DNA from: Pseudomonadota bacterium | GTDB lineage: Bacteria > Bdellovibrionota_G > JALEGL01 > DATDPG01 | Assembly: GCA_043809315.1 (NCBI GenBank) | Contig: JAZDDX010000007.1 | Location: forward strand, 1 to 64,000 | Reading direction: 5' to 3' | DNA length: 64,000 nt | Part shown: positions 49,690 through 60,863 of the stretch, piece after piece | Layout: every line of letters begins with the position of its first letter | How positions within the stretch are numbered: position 1 is the first letter of the stretch | The notes under the pieces: generated by a model | Seen by the model: the letters and a program-made list of their open reading frames with translations, nothing else | Told to the model about the DNA's origin: nothing | Database searches by the model: none | Made by a program: the position numbers and the translations under genes

Positions 49690-51525
49690 TTGAATTTCTT
49701 CGAGCGCGAAGAGCGGTCCCGAAAAAAGACCCGATGGCTCGTCGTTATCTACGCCATCGCGGTTGCTCTGATTCTCGCCGCCGTCTACTCCGCCCTTCGA
49801 ATCACCTACCTCTTCATGGAGATTCACCACGGACACAGCTCGGAACTCCCGGACTTCCGATTCTTCGATCCCCGCTTTTTCGCCTGGACCGCCGCGGGAA
49901 CCCTGGCGGTGATCGTCGTCGGGAGCCTGGTCAAGATCTCCGCCCTCTCGGATGGCGGGAGCGCCGTCGCCGAGGATCTGGGGGGGACAAAGATCGAGCC
50001 GAACACCCGGGATCTGGATGAAAAGAAGCTCCGGAACGTCGTGGAGGAGATGGCGATCGCTTCGGGGTTGCCAGTTCCCGAGATCTTCGTCCTCACGAAC
50101 GAGCCGGCCATCAACGCCTTCGCGGCCGGGTTCACCCCCAAAGACGCAGCGATCGGCGTCACTCGCGGCACGATGATGAAGCTCAACCGGGATGAGCTCC
50201 AAGGGGTGATCGGCCACGAGTTCAGCCACATCTTAAACAGCGACACGCGCCTGAATCTGCGTTTGACCGGTCTTCTCGCTGGAATCTTCTTTCTCTCCCA
50301 GATCGGGTACGGGATCCTCCGAGGAAGTGGACGGTCCAAGGGGGGAGCACCGATCGGTCTTTTGGGATTTCTCCTCCTTGTGATCGGCTACATCGGCGTC
50401 TTCTTCGGCCGGTTGATCCAGGCCGCCGTCAGCCGCCAGCGGGAGTTTCTGGCGGACGCCTCCGCCGTGCAGTTCACACGAAATCCGGGGGGGATCGTTT
50501 CGGCGCTCCGGAAGATCGGGGGGGAGGCGGGCGGGTCGTTCCTCAAGGATCACCACGCATCCGAGTTCTGTCACATGACCTTCGCAACGGCGATCGGCTC
50601 CCGTCTCATGGCCCTCTTCGCCACGCACCCTCCCCTCTCCGAACGGATCCGCGCGATCGATCCGACGTTCCGGGGGGAAGTGACCGATCTGCCGGAGTAT
50701 CTGGAGACGGAGAAGATGCAGACGGCTACGCTCCTCGCTTCGGCCGGGCATTCCTCGGCGAAGAATCTTTCGGATGCCTCGACCGTCCTTGCGTCTCGTC
50801 CTCCTTTCATCGAAACGGCGCTGACCGATCCGATCGGGGCACGCTCCGTCGTCTACGCGCTGGTCGCGGCGGAGGGAACCGATTCCGCCCGCTTGGCCGA
50901 AATCGTAACGTCGAACGATCGCGCCGCGGCCGGACGTTTGTCGGAAGTTCAAACCGGCCTCGCCTCCTGGGCGAACCGGGACCGCCTTGCGATCTTGAAC
51001 CTCGCGATTCCGGCGCTTCGGCGCCTGTCGCCGGCGGAAATGATTTCGCTCCGAACGACGCTGGAAAAACTCGTCCGCGCGGACGGGAAGGTCAGCACGT
51101 TCGAGTACCTGTTGGTGAAGTCGCTCGAGCGCTCCTTGAAAAGTCGCGTGGGATCACCGGACCGGGGGAGAATTTCGTTCCGCACGTTGGGGCCGATCGA
51201 ATCGAAAGCGGCCAACCTTCTTGCTTTCTTGGCGCACAGCGGATCGGACCAGACGGCTTCGGTCGAGACCGCTTATCGGAATGGGCTCAAGCGACTGACC
51301 CGCAACATGTACCCGGTCCTGCCGAAAGAGAACTGCGACGCTCAAACTCTTCACGACAGTCTGGAACCGCTGGCGAACGCTGCGCCTCTCTTGAAACAGG
51401 AACTTCTCGAGGCGTGCGCCGCCACCGTCGAAACGGACGGGAAGGTGACGAGATCGGAGGCGGAACTCCTCCGCGCCGTCGCCGACACCCTCGGCGTTCC
51501 GTTACCACCGCTTCTGACAATGTAG
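49690..51525 (+). CDS. M48 family (HtpX-like) zinc metalloprotease
   Basis: INAFAAG, HEFSH, SRQREFLAD, ATHPPL. Confidence 0.92.
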   Translation: MNFFEREERSRKKTRWLVVIYAIAVALILAAVYSALRITYLFMEIHHGHSSELPDFRFFDPRFFAWTAAGTLAVIVVGSLVKISALSDGGSAVAEDLGGTKIEPNTRDLDEKKLRNVVEEMAIASGLPVPEIFVLTNEPAINAFAAGFTPKDAAIGVTRGTMMKLNRDELQGVIGHEFSHILNSDTRLNLRLTGLLAGIFFLSQIGYGILRGSGRSKGGAPIGLLGFLLLVIGYIGVFFGRLIQAAVSRQREFLADASAVQFTRNPGGIVSALRKIGGEAGGSFLKDHHASEFCHMTFATAIGSRLMALFATHPPLSERIRAIDPTFRGEVTDLPEYLETEKMQTATLLASAGHSSAKNLSDASTVLASRPPFIETALTDPIGARSVVYALVAAEGTDSARLAEIVTSNDRAAAGRLSEVQTGLASWANRDRLAILNLAIPALRRLSPAEMISLRTTLEKLVRADGKVSTFEYLLVKSLERSLKSRVGSPDRGRISFRTLGPIESKAANLLAFLAHSGSDQTASVETAYRNGLKRLTRNMYPVLPKENCDAQTLHDSLEPLANAAPLLKQELLEACAATVETDGKVTRSEAELLRAVADTLGVPLPPLLTM

Positions 51526-51538
51526 ATGTAGAAAAAAG

Positions 51539-51847
51539 TTACGAACCGCTCGGGTTCGATGCGCCGGCGGCCCGGTGATCGACGATCTCTTTGAGCTCTT
51601 TCCCGACTTTGAAGAACGGGAGTTTCTTGGAACGCACTTCGACCTTGTCCCCCGTCTTCGGGTTCCGGCCGACGTACGGCTTATAATGTTTCACTTTGAA
51701 GCTTCCGAAGCCGCGGATCTCGATCCGGTCTCCGGCTTTCATCGCTTCCGTCATGGAGTTGAAAACGTGATCGACGATCGACTCGGCCTGCTTCTTTGAC
51801 AGCTTCCCTTGCTCGGCCAGTTTTTCGATGAGATCGGACTTGGTCAT
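51539..51847 (-). CDS. ihfB: Integration host factor beta subunit
   Basis: MTKSDLI, RIEIRGFGSF, GRNPKTG, FFKVGKEL. Confidence 0.85.
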   Translation of the reverse strand: MTKSDLIEKLAEQGKLSKKQAESIVDHVFNSMTEAMKAGDRIEIRGFGSFKVKHYKPYVGRNPKTGDKVEVRSKKLPFFKVGKELKEIVDHRAAGASNPSGS

Positions 51848-52018
51848 CGGTCGGCTCCTTACGGGCGGATCAGGCTCCTCGAATTCACTAATTAAATCGG
51901 CATTTTGTAATGCCGCACTGAAGACTATTCTAGCCTAACACCTTGAAATTACGAAAGGAAATTCCGTACCCCGGACACAATCCGGCGGTCGCGCGCAAGT
52001 TGCTGAAATTACGGTGCT

Positions 52019-53266
52019 TTACTGATTCATCGAATCGAGGAACTCCTCGTTCGACTTCGTTTTCGTGAACTTGTCGAGCAGGAATTCCATTGCATCGACA
52101 CCGTTCAGCGGTTGCAAAAGCTTCCGCAAAATCCAAACGCGGTTCAACACCGAGTCGGAAAGAAGGAGCTCTTCCTTCCGCGTTCCCGACTTGTTGATGT
52201 CGATCGCCGGGAAAATTCGCCGGTCGGCCAGTTTTCGGTCGAGGTTGATCTCCATGTTGCCGGTTCCTTTGAACTCTTCGAAGATCACCTCGTCCATCCG
52301 CGAGCCGGTGTCGACCAGCGCCGTCGCGACGATCGTCAGGCTCCCGCCCTCCTCGATGTTCCGCGCGGCTCCGAAGAATCGCTTCGGGCGGTGGAGCGCG
52401 TTCGAGTCGACACCACCCGAGAGGATCTTCCCCGACGGGGGGACGACGGAGTTGTAGGCGCGAGCGAGGCGCGTGATCGAGTCGAGAAGGATCACGACAT
52501 CTTTCTTGTGTTCGACCAGCCGTTTGGCTTTTTCGATCACCATTTCCGCCACTTGGACGTGTCGTTGCGCCGGCTCGTCGAACGTGGAGCTGACGACCTC
52601 CCCTTGGACGGTCCGTTCCATATCGGTCACTTCCTCGGGGCGTTCGTCGATCAGAAGAACGATCAGGACCACTTCCGGGTGGTTCGCCGTGATCGACTTC
52701 GCGATGTTCTGCAGGATGATCGTTTTCCCGGCGCGCGGCGGGGAGACGATGAGGCCTCGTTGCCCTTTCCCGATCGGGCACAAGAGATCCATGACCCTCG
52801 TCGTGTATTCCTTGCCGTTCGATTCGAGTTTGAGCCGTTCATTCGGGTAGAGGGGGGTTAGGTTGTCGAACAGGATCTTGTCCCGCGCGACGTCGGGGGC
52901 ATCGAAGTTGACCGAGTCGACCTTCAAGAGGGCGAAGTACCGCTCGGAATCTTTCGGGGGACGGATCGTCCCTTTGATCGTGTCGCCGGTCCGTAAGTTG
53001 AACCTGCGGATCTGCGAAGGGGAAACGTAGATGTCATCCGGCCCGGGGAGGTAGCTGTAGTCCGGAGCCCGGAGGAACCCGAAGCCGTCCGGCAGGATCT
53101 CGAGAACCCCTTCCGCCTCGATCGCGCTGTCGGTCTGCGAAGCGGCCTGGAGGATCGCGAAGATCAGCTCCTGCTTCCGCAGCCCCGCCGCGTTCTCGAC
53201 GTTCATCTCCTTGGCGAGAGCCGCCAGGTCGTTGATTTTTTTCTCTTTCAGTTCTCGTAGATTCAT
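52019..53266 (-). CDS. rho: Transcription termination factor Rho
   Basis: [37 protein letters not shown]. Confidence 0.98.
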   Translation of the reverse strand: MNLRELKEKKINDLAALAKEMNVENAAGLRKQELIFAILQAASQTDSAIEAEGVLEILPDGFGFLRAPDYSYLPGPDDIYVSPSQIRRFNLRTGDTIKGTIRPPKDSERYFALLKVDSVNFDAPDVARDKILFDNLTPLYPNERLKLESNGKEYTTRVMDLLCPIGKGQRGLIVSPPRAGKTIILQNIAKSITANHPEVVLIVLLIDERPEEVTDMERTVQGEVVSSTFDEPAQRHVQVAEMVIEKAKRLVEHKKDVVILLDSITRLARAYNSVVPPSGKILSGGVDSNALHRPKRFFGAARNIEEGGSLTIVATALVDTGSRMDEVIFEEFKGTGNMEINLDRKLADRRIFPAIDINKSGTRKEELLLSDSVLNRVWILRKLLQPLNGVDAMEFLLDKFTKTKSNEEFLDSMNQ

Positions 53267-53412
53267 AAAACCCCCAAGGGACACCCAAGACCGGAGCCGG
53301 TTACCGCGAAGACATCAAGTCGTTGTCGAATGCCGAAGCTTGCTGGCTGGGTGCTGCTAGATGCGCGCGGATCATGCCACGGACGTGCCGCGTGTCAAGC
53401 GGCCAGCTCAAT

Positions 53413-53489
53413 TGGTCGGGGCGACGGGATTTGAACCAGCGACCTCTTGGTCCCGAACCAAGCGCTCTACCAGGCTGAGCTACGCCCCG
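53413..53489 (-). tRNA. tRNA-Pro(CGG)
   Basis: CGGGGCGTAGCTCAGCCTGG...CTTGG-TT CGG GA-CCAAG...TTCAAATC...CCA. Confidence 0.95.
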
Positions 53490-53630
53490 ACCGTCCTTGA
53501 AGAAGAAAGGGCAATGGTTTCGCAACCCTGCGCCAGGCCCCTTTCAAGGGAACGGGACACTAAACAATTCGCCCCCCGACGTAAACAGGTTTCTCGGGTC
53601 GGCTCCCCCCTGTGATAGAATCGCCGTCAT

Positions 53631-54494
53631 ATGAGGTTTTCCGCCGCGCCGTACCGGATCCTCGCCGTTGCGGCCCTTTTCCTGGTTGTCTCCCCTCTCT
53701 TTGCAGCCGGATCGAAGTCGTCCGACCCCAAGCCGGGCGAAGCCGGCGACTATCTCGAGGCGGTCACGCGTGCCAAAGAGATGGAGGTGGGCGATCAGAT
53801 CGACCTCTGGCGCCGCTTCCTCGACAAGCATCCGCAGACCTCGTTTCGGGACGAGATCGAGGGAAACATGCGGAATCTGGACGAGCTTTTGACCGAAACC
53901 GATCCGATCCGGAAGCGGGAGCAGAAAGATTCGGACCGGTATCTCCGGGCGGTCGAGTTCTCGCGGAAGATCCCGACCGACGATCAGATCGATCTCTGGG
54001 AACAGTATCTGGAGGAGCGTCCGAACACGATGTACCGGAAGGAGATCGTGCAACGCCTCGAGGAACTGCGTGCCAAACAACCGAAGACGAAGCCGCAGCC
54101 GGCGCCGGGAAAACCCTCCGCGGCGGTCGGACCGGTCGCGAAGCCGGCTGAAATCCCGATCAACCCCCGACTGCCGTTCAAGGACAAACAGACGGCGATC
54201 CTACTTGGGACGTTCCCCGGCCTCATCGTGCCGGGACTCGCGCACTGGTACACAAAGGACTATGTGATTGCCGGAACGTTGACCGGCCTTCGAGTCGGCG
54301 GATTGGCGATCGGGATCCCGGGGATCGTCGGCGGGAACAAGGTCATGATCGCGGCCGGTGCGATCATCGCGGGGTTCAGTTACCTCTTCGACGTGGCCGA
54401 CGCGCCGTACGCCGTCGACCGGTACAACGAGGATCTCGAGCAGAAAGCGAAGAGTTCGCCCGGGATGTCGGTCAGCTTCTCATTTCGGTTTTGA
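53631..54494 (+). CDS. Hypothetical exported/membrane protein with internal duplication
   Basis: Repeats DQIDLWRRFL and DQIDLWEQYL; C-terminal hydrophobic segments. Confidence 0.65.
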   Translation: MRFSAAPYRILAVAALFLVVSPLFAAGSKSSDPKPGEAGDYLEAVTRAKEMEVGDQIDLWRRFLDKHPQTSFRDEIEGNMRNLDELLTETDPIRKREQKDSDRYLRAVEFSRKIPTDDQIDLWEQYLEERPNTMYRKEIVQRLEELRAKQPKTKPQPAPGKPSAAVGPVAKPAEIPINPRLPFKDKQTAILLGTFPGLIVPGLAHWYTKDYVIAGTLTGLRVGGLAIGIPGIVGGNKVMIAAGAIIAGFSYLFDVADAPYAVDRYNEDLEQKAKSSPGMSVSFSFRF

Positions 54495-55220
54495 GGCCGG
54501 GGCCGGTTCCTTCACCAGCTGGTCCAGCAGCTCCGTCAGTCGGTCATCCTTCATCAACGCCTCGACCTTTTCGTTTTTCGCAAGCTCGTCGAAATCGCCG
54601 GTCCGAACCGCTTCGACGAACTTTTTTTCGTCGAGCGCCCCTTTGAGGTCGTATTGGGAGAGGATCTTTTCGATCTGATCTGATCGCGCAAGCCGTTCCG
54701 CCTGCTTCGGATCGATCATCGTCGTCCGGAGACGGCGCATCCGCTCCAGCATCGCCTGTTTCCCCATCGGGTTGTGTTTCGCCGCGAGTTGAAAGGCGCG
54801 GCTTTCCGGAAGTTTCGGGAACCAACCCCGGACCTGTTCCGACGGAATCAGGGCGAGAAAGCACAGAACAATCGCCAGGATCGCGGCCGTCTTCAGTGCG
54901 CCAAAGATCGCCCCGCCGAGACGGTTGACCGTTCGGAATGCCTTCACCCGACCGACTACCGCCTTCTCGATGCCGTATCCGATCAAGCGGCAGGCGAGAT
55001 AAATCGCCACCCCGACGAAGAAGATCGAGACCTTCTCCGCCATGAACTTCGAACACCCGAGCTGCCCCTGGACGAAACCGGCGGCCAACCGCCCCCATCC
55101 GGGAGCGAGAAGATAGGCCGCCACGAGCCCCAGAATCCCCATGATCTGGCTGACAATGCCGCGGATCAGGCCGAAGACCGCCGAGACCCCAATCAACCCG
55201 AGAATGATGCCGTCGACCAT
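54480..55220 (-). CDS. cvpA: CvpA family protein
   Basis: D.II...G..RG; NRLGGAIFG.LK. Confidence 0.8.
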   Translation of the reverse strand: MVDGIILGLIGVSAVFGLIRGIVSQIMGILGLVAAYLLAPGWGRLAAGFVQGQLGCSKFMAEKVSIFFVGVAIYLACRLIGYGIEKAVVGRVKAFRTVNRLGGAIFGALKTAAILAIVLCFLALIPSEQVRGWFPKLPESRAFQLAAKHNPMGKQAMLERMRRLRTTMIDPKQAERLARSDQIEKILSQYDLKGALDEKKFVEAVRTGDFDELAKNEKVEALMKDDRLTELLDQLVKEPAPASKPK

Positions 55221-55228
55221 GGAATGCC

Positions 55229-56687
55229 TCAGTACGTAAACGCCACGAAGAGGGTGTCCTGCCCCCTCTTGAGCAGAAGGAGGACGGAGTCCCCTTTCTT
55301 GAGTCCGGAGATCGCGGAGAGATACGAGGCGCGGCTCTCGATCGGCTTCCGATTCACCTCGAGAATCAGATCCCCCCGACGGATCCCCTTCGCCCCCGCC
55401 GCACCGTTCGCATCGACCGCGACGACCGCGGCTCCTTTCTCCGTTCCGGGGAGATCTTTCACCAGAAGCCCCAGCTTGTCTTTGTCGGTCGGTTCCGGCG
55501 TCCCCTTTTCCGCCTCCGGATCCTCGAGCTTCGCAATCTCGACCGCGAACGTCTTCCTCTCCCCGTCGCGGATCACGACCACCTGCGCTTTTTCCCCGAT
55601 CTTCGCGTCGGCGACCGCCGCCGGAAGCTCATGCCAATCCTTGATCTCCCGCTCCTTGAATCGGACGATCACGTCCCCCGTCTTGATCCCCGCCTTGAGC
55701 GCCGGGGAGTTTTTCGCGATGTCCGACACCAACGCGCCGCTGGCGCCGGGAAGTTTGAGCGCCGTCGCCGCTTCCGGCGTGACTTTCTGGATCACGACTC
55801 CGAGCCAACCGCGGACGACTTTCCCGCTCTCTCGAAGCTTGAGCAAGACGTTCTTCGCCAGATTGATCGGGATCGCGAATCCGATCCCCTGCCCCGATGC
55901 GACGATCGCGGCGTTGATGCCGACCACCTCGCCCCTCAAGTTGAGAAGCGGCCCTCCGGAATTCCCGGGGTTGATCGACGCGTCGGTCTGGATGAACTCG
56001 TCGTACGGCCCCACCCCGATCGTCCGCTCCTTGGCGCTCACGATCCCCTGCGTCACCGTGTGCGAGAGACCGAACGGGTTCCCGATCGCGACCACCACCT
56101 CTCCCACCTTGAGTTCGTCCGAATCGCCCAGAATCACACTTCGGAGCGGTTTGGGACTTTCGATCTTCAAGAGCGCGACGTCGGTTTTCGGATCCCGGCC
56201 GATCACCTTCGCTTTGAGTTCCGACTCGTCGTGAAGGATCACCTTGATCTCGTCAGCGCGTTCCACCACGTGATTGTTCGTCACGACGTATCCCTCGGCA
56301 TCCAAAATGAACCCCCGAACCGAGACTCGACTGGCGGATCTCCTCCTGCGGCTCCCGGTTCGGAAGGCCGAAGAAACGGTCGAAGAAATCGTCCCCGAAG
56401 AGATCCCCCGGGTTCTCCATCCGGGGCTTCGGTCTCCCGCCGCGGTTCCCGAACGGCATCGGGAAGATCCCTCCGTGGGGGTTCTTGATCACCTGCACGG
56501 TTGAGACGTTCACCACCGCCTCGTCCACCTTTTCCGCGACCCGGATGTACACATCGGGGCTCAACGCCTTCAGATCGACGTTCACCCGTTCGTTCGGACG
56601 GTCCTTCCCCTCGACCCAGAGAGGGGATTCCGCCGAGACAATTCCGGAAACGGAAATGAGCAGTGCCGCAAGCCAAAGATATCGCAT
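55229..56687 (-). CDS. degP: Do/DegP serine endoprotease with 2 PDZ domains; apparent frameshift at 56312-56316
   Basis: N-part AVVNVST...SLGSG (ORF 56253-56687); C-part TNNHVV, DVAL, INPGNSGGP (ORF 55229-56305); one extra G in a G5 run. Confidence 0.85.
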
Positions 56688-56742
56688 GAGATCCTCTACT
56701 TTCCGGCGTCTGGATTAACCGCCGGGGGGTGAAAGTCAAGTC

Positions 56743-58245
56743 TCAGGTTCGGGATTCACGGGTCAGACCGTACTTCTCTACCTTTCCGATCAGCGTCGCC
56801 CGACAGATCCCGAGTTCCCGCGAGAGTCTCGACTTATTCCAGCGGACGCGGCGCAACCCCTCGAGGAGGACTTGTCTCTCGACCTGTTCCAGCGTGTCCC
56901 GTAAGCGCCCCCCGAGTTTGAGTTGTGTCGAAGGTCCGGTCGACGCCAGGACCGGTACCGAAAGCATCTCATGCTCGATCACTCGTTTGCGCGCGGCCAT
57001 CACCATCGCCCGCTGCACTTCGTTCTCCAGCTGCCGGACATTTCCTGGCCAGTTGTAGGCGACCAACGCGTCCATCGCCTCGTCCGCGAACTGCTTTTCC
57101 CGGTCGACATCCGTGTGCGCATACTTTTTGAGAAAATGGTCCGTCAAAAGAGGGATGTCGGCCCGGCGCTCGCGCAGGGCGGGAACTTGGATGTTGATGA
57201 CGTTGATCCGGTAGAACAGGTCCTCGCGAAATCTCCCCTCGTCCACCATCTTCCGAAGATCCCGGTGGGTCGCCGCGATGATCCGGACATTCACTTTCTT
57301 CGGCTGCGTCCCTCCGACGGGAGTGAACGTCCCGTCCTGAAGGAACCGCAACAGCTTGACCTGGAGTGTTGCGGACATCTCGCCGACCTCATCCATGAAG
57401 AACGTCCCGCCGTCGGCCACCTCGAACAACCCCTTCTTGTCCCGGATCGCTCCCGTGAACGATCCCTTCACGTGCCCGAACAGTTCGCTCTCCAGGAGAT
57501 TCTCGTTGAACGCGGAACAGCTCTGCGACACAAACGGCCGCGCCCGCCGCAAGGAGTTGAGATGGATCGCTTTCGCCACCATCTCTTTGCCGGTCCCGTT
57601 CTCCCCCTGGATCAGGAGCGTTGATTCGCTTTCCCCCAGTTTGTCCAAGAGATGGTAGAGCCTCTGCATCGCGGGAGCCCGGCCGACGATGTCGTGAAAC
57701 CCGTGGCGGTCGACCCAGGCGTTATCCAGCCCGCCCGTTCCCCGTTGATCCGCCAGCTCGCCGTGATAGCGGCGGATCTCGCCGAGCCCAAAATTGACCA
57801 GCTCGAAGAAGTACCGGAGTTCCGTCGGTGATAGAAAAGAAGCGTCGGCCCGCGACGTGGGTTCGGTCGCGAAACTGCTCGACACGAGCGCCCCGACGAT
57901 CCGCCCCTCCAACAGGAGGGGCGCAGCCAGCGTTTTGAGCCCACCGCGACAGATCTCGAACAGACCCCCGCGCGGATAGTTCCCGAGAGAAAGCTTTTCT
58001 AGGATCTCGCCGACTCCCCGTCCATGGCCGCGTTCCGCTTCACTCTCTCCGCTGAGACAGATATGGCAGACCGGGTTGCATCCGGCGCGATCGGACTCCC
58101 AGTCCGGATCGAGCACCAACCCATCCAGATCGACGAGACACAGGTCCAAGCGCCACAGGCGCCGGACCAGATCCCGAAGACTGAGAACGGTTTTGAGATT
58201 CCGATACGACTCCACCAAACGATGGGCCGCGTCTTGTTTTGCCAT
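56743..58245 (-). CDS. Sigma54-dependent enhancer-binding protein with PocR-like N-terminal domain
   Basis: GENGTGKE, ESELFGHVKGSFTGA, FREDLFYR, WPGNVRQL, Fis HTH. Confidence 0.9.
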   Translation of the reverse strand: MAKQDAAHRLVESYRNLKTVLSLRDLVRRLWRLDLCLVDLDGLVLDPDWESDRAGCNPVCHICLSGESEAERGHGRGVGEILEKLSLGNYPRGGLFEICRGGLKTLAAPLLLEGRIVGALVSSSFATEPTSRADASFLSPTELRYFFELVNFGLGEIRRYHGELADQRGTGGLDNAWVDRHGFHDIVGRAPAMQRLYHLLDKLGESESTLLIQGENGTGKEMVAKAIHLNSLRRARPFVSQSCSAFNENLLESELFGHVKGSFTGAIRDKKGLFEVADGGTFFMDEVGEMSATLQVKLLRFLQDGTFTPVGGTQPKKVNVRIIAATHRDLRKMVDEGRFREDLFYRINVINIQVPALRERRADIPLLTDHFLKKYAHTDVDREKQFADEAMDALVAYNWPGNVRQLENEVQRAMVMAARKRVIEHEMLSVPVLASTGPSTQLKLGGRLRDTLEQVERQVLLEGLRRVRWNKSRLSRELGICRATLIGKVEKYGLTRESRT

Positions 58246-58429
58246 TCGGTTTTCCCCCTGACCCGAAAGGACCCTTCCTGCTGTATAGGCCTTTCGCTTT
58301 CGGCGTGTCAATCGGTCGGGTCTTGACGCAGATAACGCGTTGTGTTATATAGCCGGCACAGTGAGTGACTGGACCAAACGGCTTAAAATTATTGACTTTT
58401 TCATGATTCGGGGGTATTAAGCGACTACT

Positions 58430-58846
58430 ATGGCATCGTTCCGAGAACAGCAATCCCAAGAACGTTTCGAAAAGCGGAAAATCCCCCGTTTCCCGGTCCA
58501 GCTTCCGGTCGAACTCGGGTATGGCGGAGAGGATCTCGCATCGATCTGCACCAACTTGAGCTCGGAGGGCGTTTCGATCGAGACCGCATGTCAGATCTCG
58601 GTCGGAGAGCGTCTTTCCATCCGGGTTACGATCGCACCGGAAGAGGATCCGCTCCGGATGATGGGACAGGTGATCTGGAAACGGGAAATCGGGGCGGTCA
58701 CTACCGACGCAAAGCCGATTCACGAGATCGGGGTCCGCTTCCTCCGTCCGCTCCCCTCGCCTTGGAAAACCCAGAACGAGCCGGAATACTCTGCCGATCC
58801 CACCGGGGAGGAGGAGATTCCCGAGCTTCCTCCGATGCCCCTCTAG
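58430..58846 (+). CDS. PilZ domain protein
   Basis: KRKIPR, NLSSEG. Confidence 0.85.
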   Translation: MASFREQQSQERFEKRKIPRFPVQLPVELGYGGEDLASICTNLSSEGVSIETACQISVGERLSIRVTIAPEEDPLRMMGQVIWKREIGAVTTDAKPIHEIGVRFLRPLPSPWKTQNEPEYSADPTGEEEIPELPPMPL

Positions 58847-58852
58847 AAGGAC

Positions 58853-59278
58853 ATGAGAACGGCGAGCCAAGAAGATTTTTATCTGAACCGCCGAGGCGGA
58901 CTGCGGGTCGATTTTCGCCACGCAATCCGGTTCCAGTCGAACCCCGACCGGCGGTTCCAGCTTGCGCACGCCATCACACAGAACCTCTCCCTCCGCGGGA
59001 TGCAGGTCTTGAGCGCCACCATCCTGGATTCCCGAAAGAAGTTTGAGGTCTGGATCCCGATCGACGGAACGACCGTCATTCCGGCCATCGCCCGGACCGA
59101 ATGGATGACCGTCGAGGACACCCTCGCCGATTCACCCTACTGGGTGCGCGGAGGGCTGTCGCTGGCGTTCCCGAAAGAGAAAGATCGGAAGCTTTACGTG
59201 GAAACCGTCCTCAAGCGCGTCGACATCGATCGTCTCAAGAAAGAGGCCGAGAGCTCCAAAGTCGGTTTCGTGTTTTAG
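58853..59278 (+). CDS. PilZ-like domain protein
   Basis: NRRGGLR, NLSLRG. Confidence 0.7.
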   Translation: MRTASQEDFYLNRRGGLRVDFRHAIRFQSNPDRRFQLAHAITQNLSLRGMQVLSATILDSRKKFEVWIPIDGTTVIPAIARTEWMTVEDTLADSPYWVRGGLSLAFPKEKDRKLYVETVLKRVDIDRLKKEAESSKVGFVF

Positions 59279-59296
59279 CTGGAATCGCGGTTCGCT

Positions 59297-59866
59297 CTAT
59301 TTAACCGAAACTTTCTTCATCTCGATCCGGTCGAGCGGATTGTCGTTCGAGTCGCGTTTCACGGCGACGATCTTGTCGGCGACGTCCAGCCCCTCGGTCA
59401 CGCGGCCGAAGACCGTGTACTGACGGTCGAGAAACGGCGAATCGTTCACGACGATGAAGAACTGGCTCCCGGCGCTGTTCGGATCCTGCGAGCGGGCCAT
59501 CGAAACCGCACCGCGGCTGTGCCGCTCGGGGTTAAACTCCGCCGGAATCATGTACCCGGGCCCTCCCCGGCCGTGCGTCGAGCGATCGGCGTTCTTGGAG
59601 TTCGGATCCCCTCCCTGAATCATGAACCCGGGAATGACCCGGTGGAACGTTGTCCCGTCGTAGAAACATTCGTTGGCAAGCTTCTTGAAATTGGCGACCG
59701 TTTTCGGCGCCACACTCGGGAGAAACTCGATAACGATTTTTCCCATCGAGGTTTCGAGGACCGCCGTGTTCCCGTCGTTCGGGGTTTTCATGGTCGAACA
59801 CTCCTTCTTGGTACAGGCGCCGAGGAACAACATGGCAACGAGAATTGTAAGTACAGATGATTTCAT
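59297..59866 (-). CDS. Cyclophilin-type peptidyl-prolyl isomerase (lipoprotein)
   Basis: FHRVIPGFMIQGGDP, SAGSQFFI, YTVFGRV. Confidence 0.95.
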   Translation of the reverse strand: MKSSVLTILVAMLFLGACTKKECSTMKTPNDGNTAVLETSMGKIVIEFLPSVAPKTVANFKKLANECFYDGTTFHRVIPGFMIQGGDPNSKNADRSTHGRGGPGYMIPAEFNPERHSRGAVSMARSQDPNSAGSQFFIVVNDSPFLDRQYTVFGRVTEGLDVADKIVAVKRDSNDNPLDRIEMKKVSVK

Positions 59867-59882
59867 CGTGATGATGGGAACG

Positions 59883-60128
59883 TTAGTTTTCTGGACGACT
59901 CTGTTTGTACAGGTCTCGGAGCTGTTTTAAAAGTCGTTCGCGTCGTTCGGTTTCCGCAGGGGAAAGATGGGTTTCTTTGACCTGCTGCACTTCGGGGCGT
60001 TTCGTCCGGGTCTCCGCCTGAACCTGCGCTGGAATCTGAGACGAAATCAATACGATTCTCGCGGCACGGGCGATCTCCGCGCAAAAGACCCCGGAAAGCA
60101 GGAGGAGAATGCCGAAAGCATTTCTCAT
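59883..60128 (-). CDS. Small hypothetical exported protein
   Basis: Signal-like N-terminus; fills the gap in the operon. Confidence 0.4.
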   Translation of the reverse strand: MRNAFGILLLLSGVFCAEIARAARIVLISSQIPAQVQAETRTKRPEVQQVKETHLSPAETERRERLLKQLRDLYKQSRPEN

Positions 60129-60206
60129 GATCGCGTTATAACTCTTTCGGGCTGTTGGAGTAAAGGCCTGGCGCCCCACGTCTAACTTATTGAAATAACA
60201 ACGGCA

Positions 60207-60842
60207 TTAAACGACGGAGGGGGAGGCTAATTTGAGAAAATTGTTCAAGCCCCGGGTAGCCAGGAATGAATTTCCCTGTTTCTCCATTCCGAGGGTGGAG
60301 GTGCATTCAGGGCCGTAGTGGTGGCCCGGGCAGAGGATGAGGGAGTCGTCCAGCTGACGGATCTTCTGGAAGCTTTCGAACAGCTCCTTGGCGCTTCCCC
60401 CCGGAAGATCGGTTCGGCCACAGGCACCTACAAAAAGCGTATCCCCCGTCAGGAAGTTCTCTCCCGCGATGAGACAGACCGAGCCGGCGCTGTGCCCGGG
60501 GGTGTGGATCACGGAGACGGAAATCTCGCCGATCGAGATCGTTCCCCCCTCGTACGGGCGGATCTTCGTCCGAAGGTCCTTGAGCCAGAAGCTTTCCGCC
60601 GGATGTGCGTAGACCTCCGCCCCCGTGGTCGATGCCAGCTCGTCGACGCCGTTCGCATGATCCGGGTGCCCATGGGTCAAGAGAATCCGCGTGATGCGAT
60701 AGCCGTCGTCCTCGGCGGCCTTGATGATCCGCTTCACATCCCAGGCCGGATCGACGACCGCCGCGGTCTTCGTTGCGGGATCCCCGAGCAGGTAGACGAA
60801 GTTGGCCATCGGCCCGATTTCCATCTGTTTCAAATGGAACAC
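60207..60842 (-). CDS. MBL-fold metallo-hydrolase (glyoxalase II-like)
   Basis: THGHPDH, HTPGHS, TGDTLF, PGH. Confidence 0.92.
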   Translation of the reverse strand: MFHLKQMEIGPMANFVYLLGDPATKTAAVVDPAWDVKRIIKAAEDDGYRITRILLTHGHPDHANGVDELASTTGAEVYAHPAESFWLKDLRTKIRPYEGGTISIGEISVSVIHTPGHSAGSVCLIAGENFLTGDTLFVGACGRTDLPGGSAKELFESFQKIRQLDDSLILCPGHHYGPECTSTLGMEKQGNSFLATRGLNNFLKLASPSVV

Positions 60843-60863
60843 GCTCTCCGTATACTCCTTCCG

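Noticed and set aside
47614-50229. 871-aa minus-strand ORF and other long antisense ORFs (e.g. 45117-46745, 54774-56234)
   Set aside because: Shadows of radA/lemA/htpX and other real genes in high-GC DNA.
53413-53489. Island integrated at tRNA-Pro or tRNA-Arg
   Set aside because: No duplicated 3' end or integrase seen; the flanking genes are core.
56312-56316. Programmed frameshift or phase variation in degP
   Set aside because: One extra base in a short G5 run of a conserved housekeeping gene is most simply a sequencing/assembly indel.
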